From NCBI GenBank assembly GCA_024711295.1, contig JANJTB010000002.1, forward strand, positions 145,804-209,803: a stretch of DNA of 64,000 nt, in the 5' to 3' direction. Shown one piece after another: positions 1-9,432 of the stretch. Under the pieces are notes generated by a model, which worked only from the letters and a program-made list of their open reading frames with translations, was not told the origin of the DNA and did no database searches. This stretch comes from a bacterium. GTDB taxonomy: Bacteria > Bacteroidota > Ignavibacteria > Kapaibacteriales > UBA2268. A program made the translations under genes and the position numbers. Positions within the stretch are counted from its first letter, which is position 1. Every line of letters starts with the position of its first letter.

Positions 1-474
1 TTAATGGTAAATAAAATTGTTCAGGACATTTTCCCAAAGATTGAAAAGAACTTACCAAATGCAAAACTTATAATTGCAGGCGCAAATCCCACAAAGGAAA
101 TTATAAATTGTAAAACTAAGAATATAGATATCATATCTAATCCATCAGATATTGTAAGAATATATCAATCTGCAGTCATTTTCCTGCACCCTCATGCAGG
201 GGGTTCAGGAATTCAGAACAAAGTACTCGAAGCGATGTCTTGCGAATGTGCTGTCATAACATCTCAAAGCGGCTCGAATGGAATTGACATAGTTAATAAT
301 GTTAACGGGTTTATAGCTAATAATGATGAAGATTTCGTTAGTTTATGCATTAATTTGCTCAATAATGAAACTCATCGCAATATTGTTGGTCAAAACGCTA
401 GAAAATATGTTGTTAACACGAAATCATGGGATAAAGTTTTCTCTGACTTGGACAATATTATTGAAGAATTATAA
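1..474 (+). CDS. Glycosyltransferase family 1, C-terminal fragment (5'-partial; the frame is open to the window edge)
   Basis: The C-terminal GT1 domain signature 'EAMSCECAVITSQ...GIDIV' (E-X7-E-like) is present. The frame is open from base 1, so the N-terminal domain lies upstream of the window. Confidence 0.6.
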   Translation, partial: LMVNKIVQDIFPKIEKNLPNAKLIIAGANPTKEIINCKTKNIDIISNPSDIVRIYQSAVIFLHPHAGGSGIQNKVLEAMSCECAVITSQSGSNGIDIVNNVNGFIANNDEDFVSLCINLLNNETHRNIVGQNARKYVVNTKSWDKVFSDLDNIIEEL

Positions 475-480
475 AAAAAA

Positions 481-501
481 TGGGCTGAATTATTCAGCCC
501 A
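481..501. terminator. Bidirectional rho-independent terminator: perfect 9-bp hairpin GGGCTGAAT-T-ATTCAGCCC flanked by an A-run and a T-run
   Basis: The inverted repeat is read directly from the sequence. It lies between the convergent genes 1..474(+) and 528..2645(-). Confidence 0.7.
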
Positions 502-527
502 TGTTAAAGATTTAGTTTGATAGAAAA

Positions 528-2645
528 CTATTTACTTAAATTGATTTTTTTAATATAAATGCCTTCATCACCCGACATTTTAATTAAATATATACCATTA
601 CCTATGCTAAATTTACTAAAGTTAATAGTATCAAAATACTCGCCTGTTTCACAATATCTATTTACTAATTCAGCAATTTCATTACCTAAAAGATCTAACA
701 TTTGTATTTTTACAAAGCCATTTTTAGTTAAGTTATATCTTATAGTGGCATGACCTTGAACAGGATTTGGGAAAATCATTAATTTTTCACTATTTATATT
801 AGCAAATTCAACAGAAGTGCCTCCCTTGGCTGTGAAACTCATCACTGGGCTGAAAGGTCCAGATCCCGATTCTGAATTGGCTTTAACTCTCCAATAATAT
901 GTTTTGTCAGATTTGAGCAAATCTTTAGGAAGTGTATAATTAACGTCCTCCCATTTAAGTTCATTTACTATATAACCCTGATCAAAACCAATTCTATCAG
1001 CAAGTTGAACATTGTATGTAGTGGCACCCGGAACTACATTCCAACTTAGTGTAGGAGTTAAGTCCGTTTCTGTTCCATCTGCAGGTCCAACTAATGTAGG
1101 AGCCGGAAGTGGGACACCAGTGTGAAACTTCCAGGATGATGTGTAAGAGCTTTCACCACCAGAATTAACGGCTTTAACTCTCCACCAATAATCAGTTTCA
1201 TTGTTTAATCTACTTGGTGGTACAACATGAAAAGTATCCGTCATGCTTGATTTTGTGTATCTTACAGAAAATCCCTCGAATGTTTCATCTCTGGAAATCT
1301 GCAATGTATAAGTTTCGGCACCGGGTACCGATGTCCAGTAAAGTAACGGTGTTGTAGAATTTGTTACGGTATTATTTGCTGGACCTGCTAAATATGGTTT
1401 GTCGGGTACCGGATAAGCTGTTGTAAATGAAAACACCTGCGACCAACCGCTCTTACCTGCATCATTCATTGATGCTACTCGCCAGTAGTATGTGGTTTCG
1501 TAATCTAATTCATTAGGGGTATAATAGTTAACTGATAAATTATTTTTATCAATAATTATCTTGCTAAAATTCTGATCTTCGCCAAGTTGAAGATGGAATC
1601 TGCTGGTGTTTGGAGTCAATGACCAGGTTATAGAATTATTTAACTTAACATATTTTGCCAAATTTTCAGGAGTCTGTGGAGTTGGGGCTGTTGGTGGTTG
1701 AGTGTGATTAATATTAGTCAACTCAAACCAGTAAGTAAAATCTTTCATTGTCCCACCAACGTTAACATTCCTGATGGTTACGGTATATTTTACATTATCA
1801 GCCAATCCATCTGCTTTCCAGCTTAGGTTGTTTGGAAATGAGCCCCACCCTTCATTATCATTTTTGACTGAGTGAACACTTACAGGATTACCTGATTCAT
1901 CTTTCATCTCGACAGTAGTACCTGAATACGTAACATTTTGGTTATTCCACAAATTTGTTTTGCTTGATAAAGCATTAAATGAAAGATAAAATGATTTGTT
2001 TACATACTCGGGCGGATAATACTCATAGGGATAAGCTATAAAGTCAAGTTGATTTTCGACGGCATTTCCATCAGTAAAATCTTGGTATAAAAATAGTGAA
2101 GCATGGAAATCAGAACTTCCACCAGATTTTGGTTTACCGTATGACTTACCAAACGAAAATCGTGTAAGGAAAGGATTCAATATTGCTCTGCGATGACCAA
2201 CTTTGTACTGACCTTCAATATCAGCGTTATGGTCATCTATCAACCAACCGACAATCGATCCTATTGCGGTGTTACCTGCACCGCCATATTCAATATTGCC
2301 TTTCATTCTGGCTTCACCACCGGCTTTTGTATAACAAGGTGTTGAAGGATTGTCAATGTGACCACCCTCGCCACTAGCTACCATATTTAAGCATCCTTCC
2401 ATCGACATTGCACTACCAAGTGCTTCGTAGGTTACTGGTTTAAGTTTGTGAAGGCTCCTGATATGATTTACTTTGTCAAGAACTTCATTGATAACACTTT
2501 GCTTCAAAGTGCCTGCGTTGCAATTATTAACATCAGGTTGAACTTCAAAATACTGCGAAAAACTAGCTTCGACAGGTTTGTCAGACGCAAATCCATTAAT
2601 CGTTAAAATGCAAATAATCGAGAAAAATGTTAATATCCCTTTCAT
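528..2645 (-). CDS. Secreted multidomain surface protein: N-terminal signal peptide, CAP/SCP-like domain, three FN3-like repeats, C-terminal T9SS sorting domain
   Basis: Hydrophobic N-terminus. The region 'GHIDNPSTPCYTKAGGEA...IVGWLIDDHNADIEG' resembles a CAP domain. Repeats of the form 'YWWRVKAVN...W' are FN3-like. The C-terminus 'FPNPVQGHATIRY...GIYLIKM' is a type IX secretion CTD. Confidence 0.55.
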   Translation of the reverse strand: MKGILTFFSIICILTINGFASDKPVEASFSQYFEVQPDVNNCNAGTLKQSVINEVLDKVNHIRSLHKLKPVTYEALGSAMSMEGCLNMVASGEGGHIDNPSTPCYTKAGGEARMKGNIEYGGAGNTAIGSIVGWLIDDHNADIEGQYKVGHRRAILNPFLTRFSFGKSYGKPKSGGSSDFHASLFLYQDFTDGNAVENQLDFIAYPYEYYPPEYVNKSFYLSFNALSSKTNLWNNQNVTYSGTTVEMKDESGNPVSVHSVKNDNEGWGSFPNNLSWKADGLADNVKYTVTIRNVNVGGTMKDFTYWFELTNINHTQPPTAPTPQTPENLAKYVKLNNSITWSLTPNTSRFHLQLGEDQNFSKIIIDKNNLSVNYYTPNELDYETTYYWRVASMNDAGKSGWSQVFSFTTAYPVPDKPYLAGPANNTVTNSTTPLLYWTSVPGAETYTLQISRDETFEGFSVRYTKSSMTDTFHVVPPSRLNNETDYWWRVKAVNSGGESSYTSSWKFHTGVPLPAPTLVGPADGTETDLTPTLSWNVVPGATTYNVQLADRIGFDQGYIVNELKWEDVNYTLPKDLLKSDKTYYWRVKANSESGSGPFSPVMSFTAKGGTSVEFANINSEKLMIFPNPVQGHATIRYNLTKNGFVKIQMLDLLGNEIAELVNRYCETGEYFDTINFSKFSIGNGIYLIKMSGDEGIYIKKINLSK

Positions 2646-2775
2646 ACTATATTTAATTAGAGTTAATAAACATAATTACAAAAATAACAAAAAATTATTA
2701 TTTCACTTATACCTATATTTATTTGGTATTACAGAATACTCAAAATAATCAGCTTATTTCGTTCATCAATCAAAA

Positions 2776-3486
2776 TCAATCGCGATTCATAAGAAAACTA
2801 AAATCAGATTTATTATTCAATTCAAAGGGCTCAGTATTAAACTTAAAAATGCGTACATTTTTATCACCAAGTAGTTTTAAATCTGTTCCGTTTAACTCGA
2901 AGATACTTCCTTCTCTCAATCCACAAACGAATATATCCTTGTTGAGTTCAAGAAATTCCAAGATTCTTTGTTCACGTGTTTCTCCGTGATGGCCTTCAGG
3001 GTGAGCATCTAAATAATGTGGATTAATCTGAAAAGGAACCAGGTTCAGCGCATTAAATGAAAGCGGCTCTACAATAGGCATATCATTTGTTGTCCTTATT
3101 GTTGGGCAGGCAAGATTAGACCCTGCACTCCACCCTATATACGGCATACCGGCTATGACCTTGTCATAAATTAAATCATTGAGACCATTATCATACACGG
3201 TTTTCAATAGATTGAATGTGTTACCACCACCAACAGCAATTGCATCTGCCGAATCAATAATTTTCTCGGGGTCTCCCCTGTGTATCGAAGCAATTTCGTA
3301 TCCTAATTTTGTGAAAACGCTCGCTACCTTTGACTCATAATCATCCCATTTGACCGTCACTCCGGCATAAGGTACAAATGCAATTTTTTTTGTAGAATTT
3401 CCGAAAAAAGACTTTATATCATTTAGTGCATGTTCTAAGTATCCGTATCCTTGTGTTGTAGAATTGCTTAATAATAGTAATCTCAT
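2776..3486 (-). CDS. pepE: Peptidase E (S51 alpha-aspartyl dipeptidase family)
   Basis: The N-terminus 'MRLLLLSNSTTQGYGYLEHAL...FVPYAG' and a length of 236 aa match PepE/S51. Confidence 0.7.
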   Translation of the reverse strand: MRLLLLSNSTTQGYGYLEHALNDIKSFFGNSTKKIAFVPYAGVTVKWDDYESKVASVFTKLGYEIASIHRGDPEKIIDSADAIAVGGGNTFNLLKTVYDNGLNDLIYDKVIAGMPYIGWSAGSNLACPTIRTTNDMPIVEPLSFNALNLVPFQINPHYLDAHPEGHHGETREQRILEFLELNKDIFVCGLREGSIFELNGTDLKLLGDKNVRIFKFNTEPFELNNKSDFSFLMNRD

Positions 3487-3665
3487 ATTATTTTCCTGTT
3501 TTTAGAATAATTATAAACTCTAATTTAGCTAAAAAAAAAGTAACAACAAAAAAAAATTGACATATCTCTGTTTTATTAACTTATTTGATTATGAACATAA
3601 AATCTAATTAATAATTTTAGTGTTATATTTGTACTCTATTAAAATTGCAAAATTTACTATTTTTT

Positions 3666-5375
3666 ATGATAAAATCTCTTTTGGTAAAAGATTTTGCCCT
3701 GATAACAGAAAGTTATATAAACTTTGACAAAGGCTTAAATGTTATCCTGGGAGAAACAGGCTCCGGTAAGTCAATGCTTATTGATGCCTTGTCTGCAGTA
3801 TTTGGAGAAAGAGTTTCAGCAATGATAGTAAGGAATGGAGCAGTTAAATCAGTAATTGAAGTTGAAATTTCAATCACAAACGATGAAATCATTGATATTC
3901 TTAAACAGAATGAAATTGAGTTATTCGATGATCACATGATAATCAGACGTGAAATTTCTGCAAAGTCGGGTTCAAGAAATTTTGTTAATGACACCCCTGT
4001 TAACATGAACATCCTAAAGCAAATTGGTGAAAAGTTCATTGATTTCCATGGTCAACACGAACATCAGTCATTATTGAACAGTACATTTCATGCAGAAATT
4101 TTTGATAAAAGTGCTAAAATTAGCGACTTAATTGAGCAATATTCACAATTATACTACAATCTGAAGAATAATGTTGAAGAATTGAATACACTAATCAACA
4201 GCGAGAAAATTCTAAGGGAGAAATACGAATACTCAAGGTTCAAGCTTGAAGAAATATTAAAAGTTAATCCGGTAGAAAATGAAGATTTGAATTTGGAAAA
4301 AGAGCTCAATTTTCTTGAAAATTCTGAAATTCTTTACACTCTCAGCAATCAGCTATATCACGAGCTATATGATGATGAAAATTCTATATTCAACAAACTC
4401 TCTTTATCACTTAAAACAATTTCAAAACTTACCCAAATTGATACTTCATTTGATGAATATTTCAAAGAACTCGAAAGTGCTTTAATAATTATGCGTGAAG
4501 TCAGCTCCTTTACTAATGATTACTATTCGAACATTGAATTTAATCCTGAGAAAATTGAACAAATAAGATTAAGGTTACTTCAAATTAAATCACTTCAAAA
4601 GAAGTATGGTTCTGTGGGCGATATTATAAAACTTAAAGAGCAGTTGCAATCCGAACTGATTCTCATCGAAAAATTTGAGGAAAACAAAAATAAACTGATC
4701 AATGAAATTAACGAGCTAAAGAGGGCAATATTCGAAAAGGCACTGATAATAGAACAAAAACGTGTAGAATATTCCAAAGAGTTCTCAGGCAATATTGTTG
4801 AATCCCTTAATAACTTAGGAATTAATAATGCCACATTCGAGGTGAAGGTCGAAAGAAATATCGCTGATTTCAATGATACTACTGATTTTTCATATAATTA
4901 CAATGGCACAAATTATTCAATATTGCGAAATGGAATCAACAATATTGAATTTTTTATCTCCACAAATCTCGGAGAGTCACCTAAGCCATTGCAAAGCGTT
5001 GCATCCGGTGGTGAAGTATCCAGAATTATGTTGTCAATCAAAAATATTCTTGCTGATAAGGATAATATATCCTGCCTGGTATTTGATGAAATTGATACAG
5101 GAGTTTCAGGCAGAATTGCACAGATGGTTGGCAAATCAATGTCGGAACTGTCAAAATATCATCAAATAATTTCAATTTCACACTTACCGCAAATTGTTGC
5201 TTATGCAGATATGTGCATTTTAGTTGAGAAAATTGAAAATGCCGATTCCACTACTTCTTCTTCAAAAGTATTGAACGAAGAAGAGAAGATTCACGAGATT
5301 GCTAAATTAATCAGTGGTAGTCAGGTATCTGACGAAAGCTTAAGAAGTGCAGAACTATTAATAAACAACAAGTAA
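3666..5375 (+). CDS. recN: DNA repair protein RecN
   Basis: 'IKSLLVKDFALI...LNVILGETGSGKS' is the RecN N-terminus with a Walker A motif. Coiled-coil middle region and C-terminal signature region are present. The ORF track starts at a TTG at 3645. The ATG at 3666 fits the RecN N-terminal consensus better. Confidence 0.85.
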   Translation: MIKSLLVKDFALITESYINFDKGLNVILGETGSGKSMLIDALSAVFGERVSAMIVRNGAVKSVIEVEISITNDEIIDILKQNEIELFDDHMIIRREISAKSGSRNFVNDTPVNMNILKQIGEKFIDFHGQHEHQSLLNSTFHAEIFDKSAKISDLIEQYSQLYYNLKNNVEELNTLINSEKILREKYEYSRFKLEEILKVNPVENEDLNLEKELNFLENSEILYTLSNQLYHELYDDENSIFNKLSLSLKTISKLTQIDTSFDEYFKELESALIIMREVSSFTNDYYSNIEFNPEKIEQIRLRLLQIKSLQKKYGSVGDIIKLKEQLQSELILIEKFEENKNKLINEINELKRAIFEKALIIEQKRVEYSKEFSGNIVESLNNLGINNATFEVKVERNIADFNDTTDFSYNYNGTNYSILRNGINNIEFFISTNLGESPKPLQSVASGGEVSRIMLSIKNILADKDNISCLVFDEIDTGVSGRIAQMVGKSMSELSKYHQIISISHLPQIVAYADMCILVEKIENADSTTSSSKVLNEEEKIHEIAKLISGSQVSDESLRSAELLINNK

Positions 5376-5376
5376 C

Positions 5377-5976
5377 ATGCTTTATAGTAGAACATTTTTT
5401 AGTAAAGATGAAATCGAGAATGCTATTGCCGGCAAAATAGAGCCGTTGGAAATTAACAGGATACTTTCTGCTTACGATATGTCGGATATGGCTTTTTCAG
5501 ATAAAATGTCTCTGAACGGTACACCATATTTCTTTCACACTACAAGAGTGTGCAAGATAATCATTCAAGAGCTCGAAATATTTGATTCAGACTTAATTAT
5601 TGCCGCATTGCTCCACGATATTTTTGAAGTCAATGAAGATATTTCACCTGAAATTATTGATTACAACTTTGGTCCTTACGTGACATATTTGCTGAGCATA
5701 CTCAAGGAAGATTTTCACTCGATAGACTCAATACCAGTGCCTGCTTTGGATGATTCTGCAAATGTAAAAATTCCTACTGATGATTATCTTATTATTTGGT
5801 TGTCCGAACATCTCGATAATTTCAGAGCACTTGATGTATCGCCTGTTTTTAATCCGGTAAACTATATACTTAATACATTATCACTACATATCCCTGCGGC
5901 TGAGCAAAGTAATAACATTTATGTACAGAGGTTAATGATTGAGTTGAAAAAAGAAAGGAATAAAATACTTGGTTAG
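5377..5976 (+). CDS. HD-domain phosphohydrolase-like protein
   Basis: An H...HD motif is present ('FFHTTRV...AALLHDIFE'). Its start codon falls 1 nt after the recN stop codon. Confidence 0.4.
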   Translation: MLYSRTFFSKDEIENAIAGKIEPLEINRILSAYDMSDMAFSDKMSLNGTPYFFHTTRVCKIIIQELEIFDSDLIIAALLHDIFEVNEDISPEIIDYNFGPYVTYLLSILKEDFHSIDSIPVPALDDSANVKIPTDDYLIIWLSEHLDNFRALDVSPVFNPVNYILNTLSLHIPAAEQSNNIYVQRLMIELKKERNKILG

Positions 5977-6000
5977 TAATTTTATTCCTTAAATTTTATG

Positions 6001-6074
6001 GGCGAATGACGGGGCTCGAACCCGCGACAACCAGAGCCACAATCTGGTACTCTACCTGCTGAGCTACATCCGCC
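6001..6074 (-). tRNA. tRNA-His (anticodon GTG) with genome-encoded G-1
   Basis: The reverse complement folds as a cloverleaf. Acceptor GCGGATG/CATTCGC, anticodon loop TTGTGGC, an extra 5' G opposite C73, and T-arm GGTTCGAGCC. Confidence 0.85.
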
Positions 6075-6159
6075 ATAATACAGTTTACAAAAATAATACT
6101 TTTCTGTTAATTTACCAAGAAATTCTTATTTCTTAGCACATAACTCGCCTTTTTTCGAT

Positions 6160-6275
6160 TTTCAGTAATTACCGCATTTTAATCCGTAAAAATACGTAAA
6201 ATAAAATTTTGAGTATTTTCACGGATTGTTTTTGTAAATTCCGTCACGTATTTTTGAATCGTAATTATTTGAAAC
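6160..6275. promoter_or_regulatory. Leader region with clustered direct and inverted repeats (AATCCGTAAAAATACGTAAAA / TTTCACGGATTG / TCCGTCACGTATTTTT / TAATTACCG...CGTAATTA)
   Basis: The repeats are read directly. They sit in the 460-bp non-coding gap between tRNA-His and the first pilin-like gene. Confidence 0.35.
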
Positions 6276-6538
6276 TTTATTTATTGTTCTTTGGAAATAT
6301 AACTATGGCACAAAAAAAAGAGCCCGAAATAGCGGCCAACTAATTCGAGCTTTATAGGGTGCATTTATCATGAAAAAAATGCAATGAAAAAGACGCACCT
6401 GCCATACAAATATTATAAATCGTGTTGAAATAAATGTTAGCATCATTAATACGGCCGATTAATCTTTGCTCATTTATATTTTTCAACCGCTTGTTTTTCT
6501 TTTATTTTTTTTTAATTAACTTTTTAGAGGGTCTTATC

Positions 6539-6985
6539 ATGAAAAAGCTTTTAGCAATTCTCGTAGTTGCAATTCTAGCAACAACTTTCGCTATGTCACA
6601 ACACAATGCACCAGTAACTGCAAATGCAAATTTTGACATTGCAGTTATCCAACCCTTATCTTGGTCAAAAACTGCAGATGTTGATCTTGGTGCAGTAATA
6701 ACAGGCTTCGTAAAACCTGTAGTTGCAAACATTACTTTTACTTTACAAGGTGAGTTTCAGTACGGCAATACTCCATATAAAGTTGATATTACTAGTTCAG
6801 GTCCAGATCCTGTTGATGGAGTGGTTCTACATGGCACTTGGTCAGGAACAGGAACAGTAGATCTTGATGCTGCTGGTCAGGCTTCCGTAGTTTATACCAC
6901 AATCCATGTAGATGCAACAGCTGCTACATCAAATGGGTCAAAAGTATTCACAATTAGTGTTAATGCTAAATATAACAATTTATAA
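6539..6985 (+). CDS. Small secreted pilin-like protein, paralog 1 (conserved mature N-terminus QHNxPV)
   Basis: There is a GAGGG Shine-Dalgarno sequence 8 nt upstream. The signal peptide is 'MKKLLAILVVAILATTFAMS'. The protein is paralogous to the next two genes. Confidence 0.65.
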   Translation: MKKLLAILVVAILATTFAMSQHNAPVTANANFDIAVIQPLSWSKTADVDLGAVITGFVKPVVANITFTLQGEFQYGNTPYKVDITSSGPDPVDGVVLHGTWSGTGTVDLDAAGQASVVYTTIHVDATAATSNGSKVFTISVNAKYNNL

Positions 6986-7013
6986 TTAAATAACAACTTA
7001 TGGAGTATTTATC

Positions 7014-7523
7014 ATGAAAAAGTTTATCATATTAATCGTTTTCTTAGCCGCTTTAGGCACATTATTTTCTCAGCACAACAATCCGGTTCAATCAGATAAC
7101 GGCAATTTAACAGCAAAAGTAATCAAACCTTTTTATGTAATTGATATAACTGATAATATACCTAATGGTAATCCAGTACCTGAAGTAATTAAAGGTCAAA
7201 AAAGGGTTTTGACTGCACCTGAAGGTATCTTGCTTTTTGAAATGGGACGTGAAGCACCTTATATAGTTGACTTTGAACTAAAAATTCCTCAACCTGTTGA
7301 TGGAGTAACGATCGTTGGATGGTGGGAATTTTATGAAGAAGCACCTCCTATGACATTTTCATTCCCCGGTTATCCACTTAACCAATATTGGTACTGGGAG
7401 AATTCTACAAGAGATAAAGGATGGATAACATTCAAAATTTCTGAGATTGATGCAAGAAATGCCAATTCTACTGGAATCAAGACTTTTACTGTCAATGCAA
7501 AAGGTCAATACAGAAGCCTTTAA
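7014..7523 (+). CDS. Small secreted pilin-like protein, paralog 2
   Basis: Signal peptide followed by 'SQHNNPV...LTAKVIKP', which is shared with paralogs 1 and 3. A GGAG Shine-Dalgarno sequence lies upstream. The C-terminal 'TFTVNAK' resembles the paralog 1 ending 'FTISVNAK'. Confidence 0.65.
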   Translation: MKKFIILIVFLAALGTLFSQHNNPVQSDNGNLTAKVIKPFYVIDITDNIPNGNPVPEVIKGQKRVLTAPEGILLFEMGREAPYIVDFELKIPQPVDGVTIVGWWEFYEEAPPMTFSFPGYPLNQYWYWENSTRDKGWITFKISEIDARNANSTGIKTFTVNAKGQYRSL

Positions 7524-7556
7524 TTTCATAAAACAAAACTATTTAAAGGTATAGTT

Positions 7557-8045
7557 ATGAAAAATTTAATAAGCTGCATGTTCGTACTTTTGATTTCAGG
7601 AGTTGTGTTTGCACAAACACATAATCCTGTGGTCGGAGATGAAGGAACAATGACAGCAAAAGTTATAACGCCACTGACTGTCTTCGAGCCATCTGAATTA
7701 ATGGAATACGTTGTAATCCAAAATCAAACTAAAACTCTAACAGCTGACAATAAGTTTGAGTTCAGACTTGAAGGTGAGGCAGGAATGTTTGTTAACGTCA
7801 ACTTTATCGGACCCAATGCAGTTGTACAGCCACCAATTGGTAGCATACCAGTGCTAAGTGGTGCTTGGTTCGGACCTGGTAATGTTCCTGTAACAGGCAA
7901 TAGTGGTACATACCAAATTCCTGATTTTCCTGCTGAGTCATTTTTTGATGTATTTTTTGAGTTGAATACAATAAATGCAACAGGAGCTGACTTAGGTATA
8001 GTAACATACGAACTTGGAATTGAATATTCTTATCAAGGTATGTAA
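7557..8045 (+). CDS. Small secreted pilin-like protein, paralog 3
   Basis: Signal peptide followed by 'AQTHNPVVGDEGTMTAKVITP', which is paralogous to the two preceding genes. Confidence 0.65.
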   Translation: MKNLISCMFVLLISGVVFAQTHNPVVGDEGTMTAKVITPLTVFEPSELMEYVVIQNQTKTLTADNKFEFRLEGEAGMFVNVNFIGPNAVVQPPIGSIPVLSGAWFGPGNVPVTGNSGTYQIPDFPAESFFDVFFELNTINATGADLGIVTYELGIEYSYQGM

Positions 8046-8061
8046 AATTATAATATTTATA

Positions 8062-8091
8062 AAAAGCACCCATAGAAATATGGGTGCTTTT
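8062..8091 (+). terminator. Intrinsic terminator or attenuator after the three pilin-like genes (AAAAGCACCCA-tagaaata-TGGGTGCTTTT)
   Basis: An 11-bp stem followed by a T-run is read directly. It sits between the subunit genes and the downstream assembly genes. Confidence 0.65.
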
Positions 8092-8099
8092 CAATAAAA

Positions 8100-8549
8100 A
8101 TGAAAAAAACAAAGGTAATATTAACTATAATTTTGATTTCCATCTTCTGGACCGGTAATTTAAGCTATGGCATTGAAGATACCGATAATCCAATTGAAGT
8201 ATTCGCATATTATGATTTAAACATCGGAACAATACCCATAGGAATGAAGAAAGTTTTCGAGAGTGACGAACAAATAATCAAGTTTGTCATCAAGTGCAAA
8301 AAAGACAGATTGATTAGAATTACAAAGATAAATGAAATAGGAAATGAATTTTTGATTATAGATGCAGACTGGAAAGCAGGTCCATTTACAGGTTACGAAA
8401 TCCCATTTAGCGGACTTGGCATTTACAGGAGCGAGCAGGATATATTTTTATTAACAATTAAAATCAAATCAATAGAAGTGAAAAGCTACACACAATCCGG
8501 CAAATACCAAATATCACCGAAGATTACTGTTGATTACGCAGATTTATAA
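8100..8549 (+). CDS. Small secreted protein of 149 aa; it could be a minor subunit or adaptor
   Basis: The signal peptide is 'MKKTKVILTIILISIFWTGNLSYG'. It is not similar to the three pilin-like paralogs. Confidence 0.45.
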   Translation: MKKTKVILTIILISIFWTGNLSYGIEDTDNPIEVFAYYDLNIGTIPIGMKKVFESDEQIIKFVIKCKKDRLIRITKINEIGNEFLIIDADWKAGPFTGYEIPFSGLGIYRSEQDIFLLTIKIKSIEVKSYTQSGKYQISPKITVDYADL

Positions 8550-8598
8550 CTGCTTAGGAAAATAACCATACTTATTTTTTTGTTAGGAGTAAACAAAC

Positions 8599-9432
8599 AT
8601 GAAAAAACTTACAATATTAACATTGCTGATAATAATGCTTACCCAGTTTGATTTGCTTTCGCAGGTAGGGATTTATCCACAGGCAGTTTTCTTGAATCAG
8701 AAAAATAGGGCAAGTAATCTTAAAGTACTAAATATGACTAATGAAACAAAAGAAATAATTCTTGACCTAAAGTTTGGATATCCTGATTATGACTCTCTGG
8801 GCAACTATTCTCTGGTTTACGGCGACACATTGCCCGGCGCTAAGTGGTCGGCTGTACCCTTTGTCAGAATGTTTCCCAAAAGATTACTTCTCAAGGCAAA
8901 TGAGGAACAAGTTGTTAAGTTCATGTTAGGCAATATGGGGAATGTACCTGATGGTACTTATTTTGGAAGAATCCATGTTCTTTCAAAAAATCCACCTGAA
9001 GAAATTGATACAACCTATACAGAATCAATTACAGCAAAAATTGACATACATTTTACACTTATTTCTGCATTGATTGTTGACAAAGGCAAAACTTACTGTG
9101 ATATAAGTGTTAAGCCGATGGGAACATTCTCAGATTCAAACATGGTCAATTTCTTAGTGAATGTAAATAAAGATGGTAATGCTCCATTTTTGGGTACAAC
9201 TGAAATGAAAGTATATGATTCTATGGGTAAACTTGTGGCACAAAGCAAGGACTTAACACCGTTCTATTTTAGTGGTACAAGATCTTTCAGATTCGATAAG
9301 AAATTATTTTCGAATGGTCGTTACAACGTCGAGCTTACAATGTCAAACGAGCACAAGGACGTTCCTGACGATTTCAAAGTAGCAATTAAGCCTGTAAAAG
9401 AAACATTCTCTGTTGATTTAGATGGTATATGA
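8599..9432 (+). CDS. Periplasmic PapD-like fimbrial chaperone candidate
   Basis: Signal peptide present. The mature N-terminus 'GIYPQAVFLNQKNRASNLKVLNMTNETKEIILDL' follows the 'I.P.r.if.......sl.v.N' pattern of pilus chaperones. At 277 aa the size is typical. The assignment rests on motif memory only. Confidence 0.4.
   Translation: MKKLTILTLLIIMLTQFDLLSQVGIYPQAVFLNQKNRASNLKVLNMTNETKEIILDLKFGYPDYDSLGNYSLVYGDTLPGAKWSAVPFVRMFPKRLLLKANEEQVVKFMLGNMGNVPDGTYFGRIHVLSKNPPEEIDTTYTESITAKIDIHFTLISALIVDKGKTYCDISVKPMGTFSDSNMVNFLVNVNKDGNAPFLGTTEMKVYDSMGKLVAQSKDLTPFYFSGTRSFRFDKKLFSNGRYNVELTMSNEHKDVPDDFKVAIKPVKETFSVDLDGI

Noticed and set aside
323-520. 65-aa ORF overlapping the 3' end of the glycosyltransferase and the terminator hairpin
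   Set aside because: It is out of frame with the real gene and runs through the terminator stem.
6434-6538. 35-codon N-terminal extension of the first pilin-like ORF (MLASLIRPINLCSFIFFNRLFFFYFFLINFLEGLI)
   Set aside because: It is AT-rich and poly-Phe. The Shine-Dalgarno sequence (GAGGG) and the signal peptide begin at the ATG at 6539. Paralogs 2 and 3 start at the equivalent Met.
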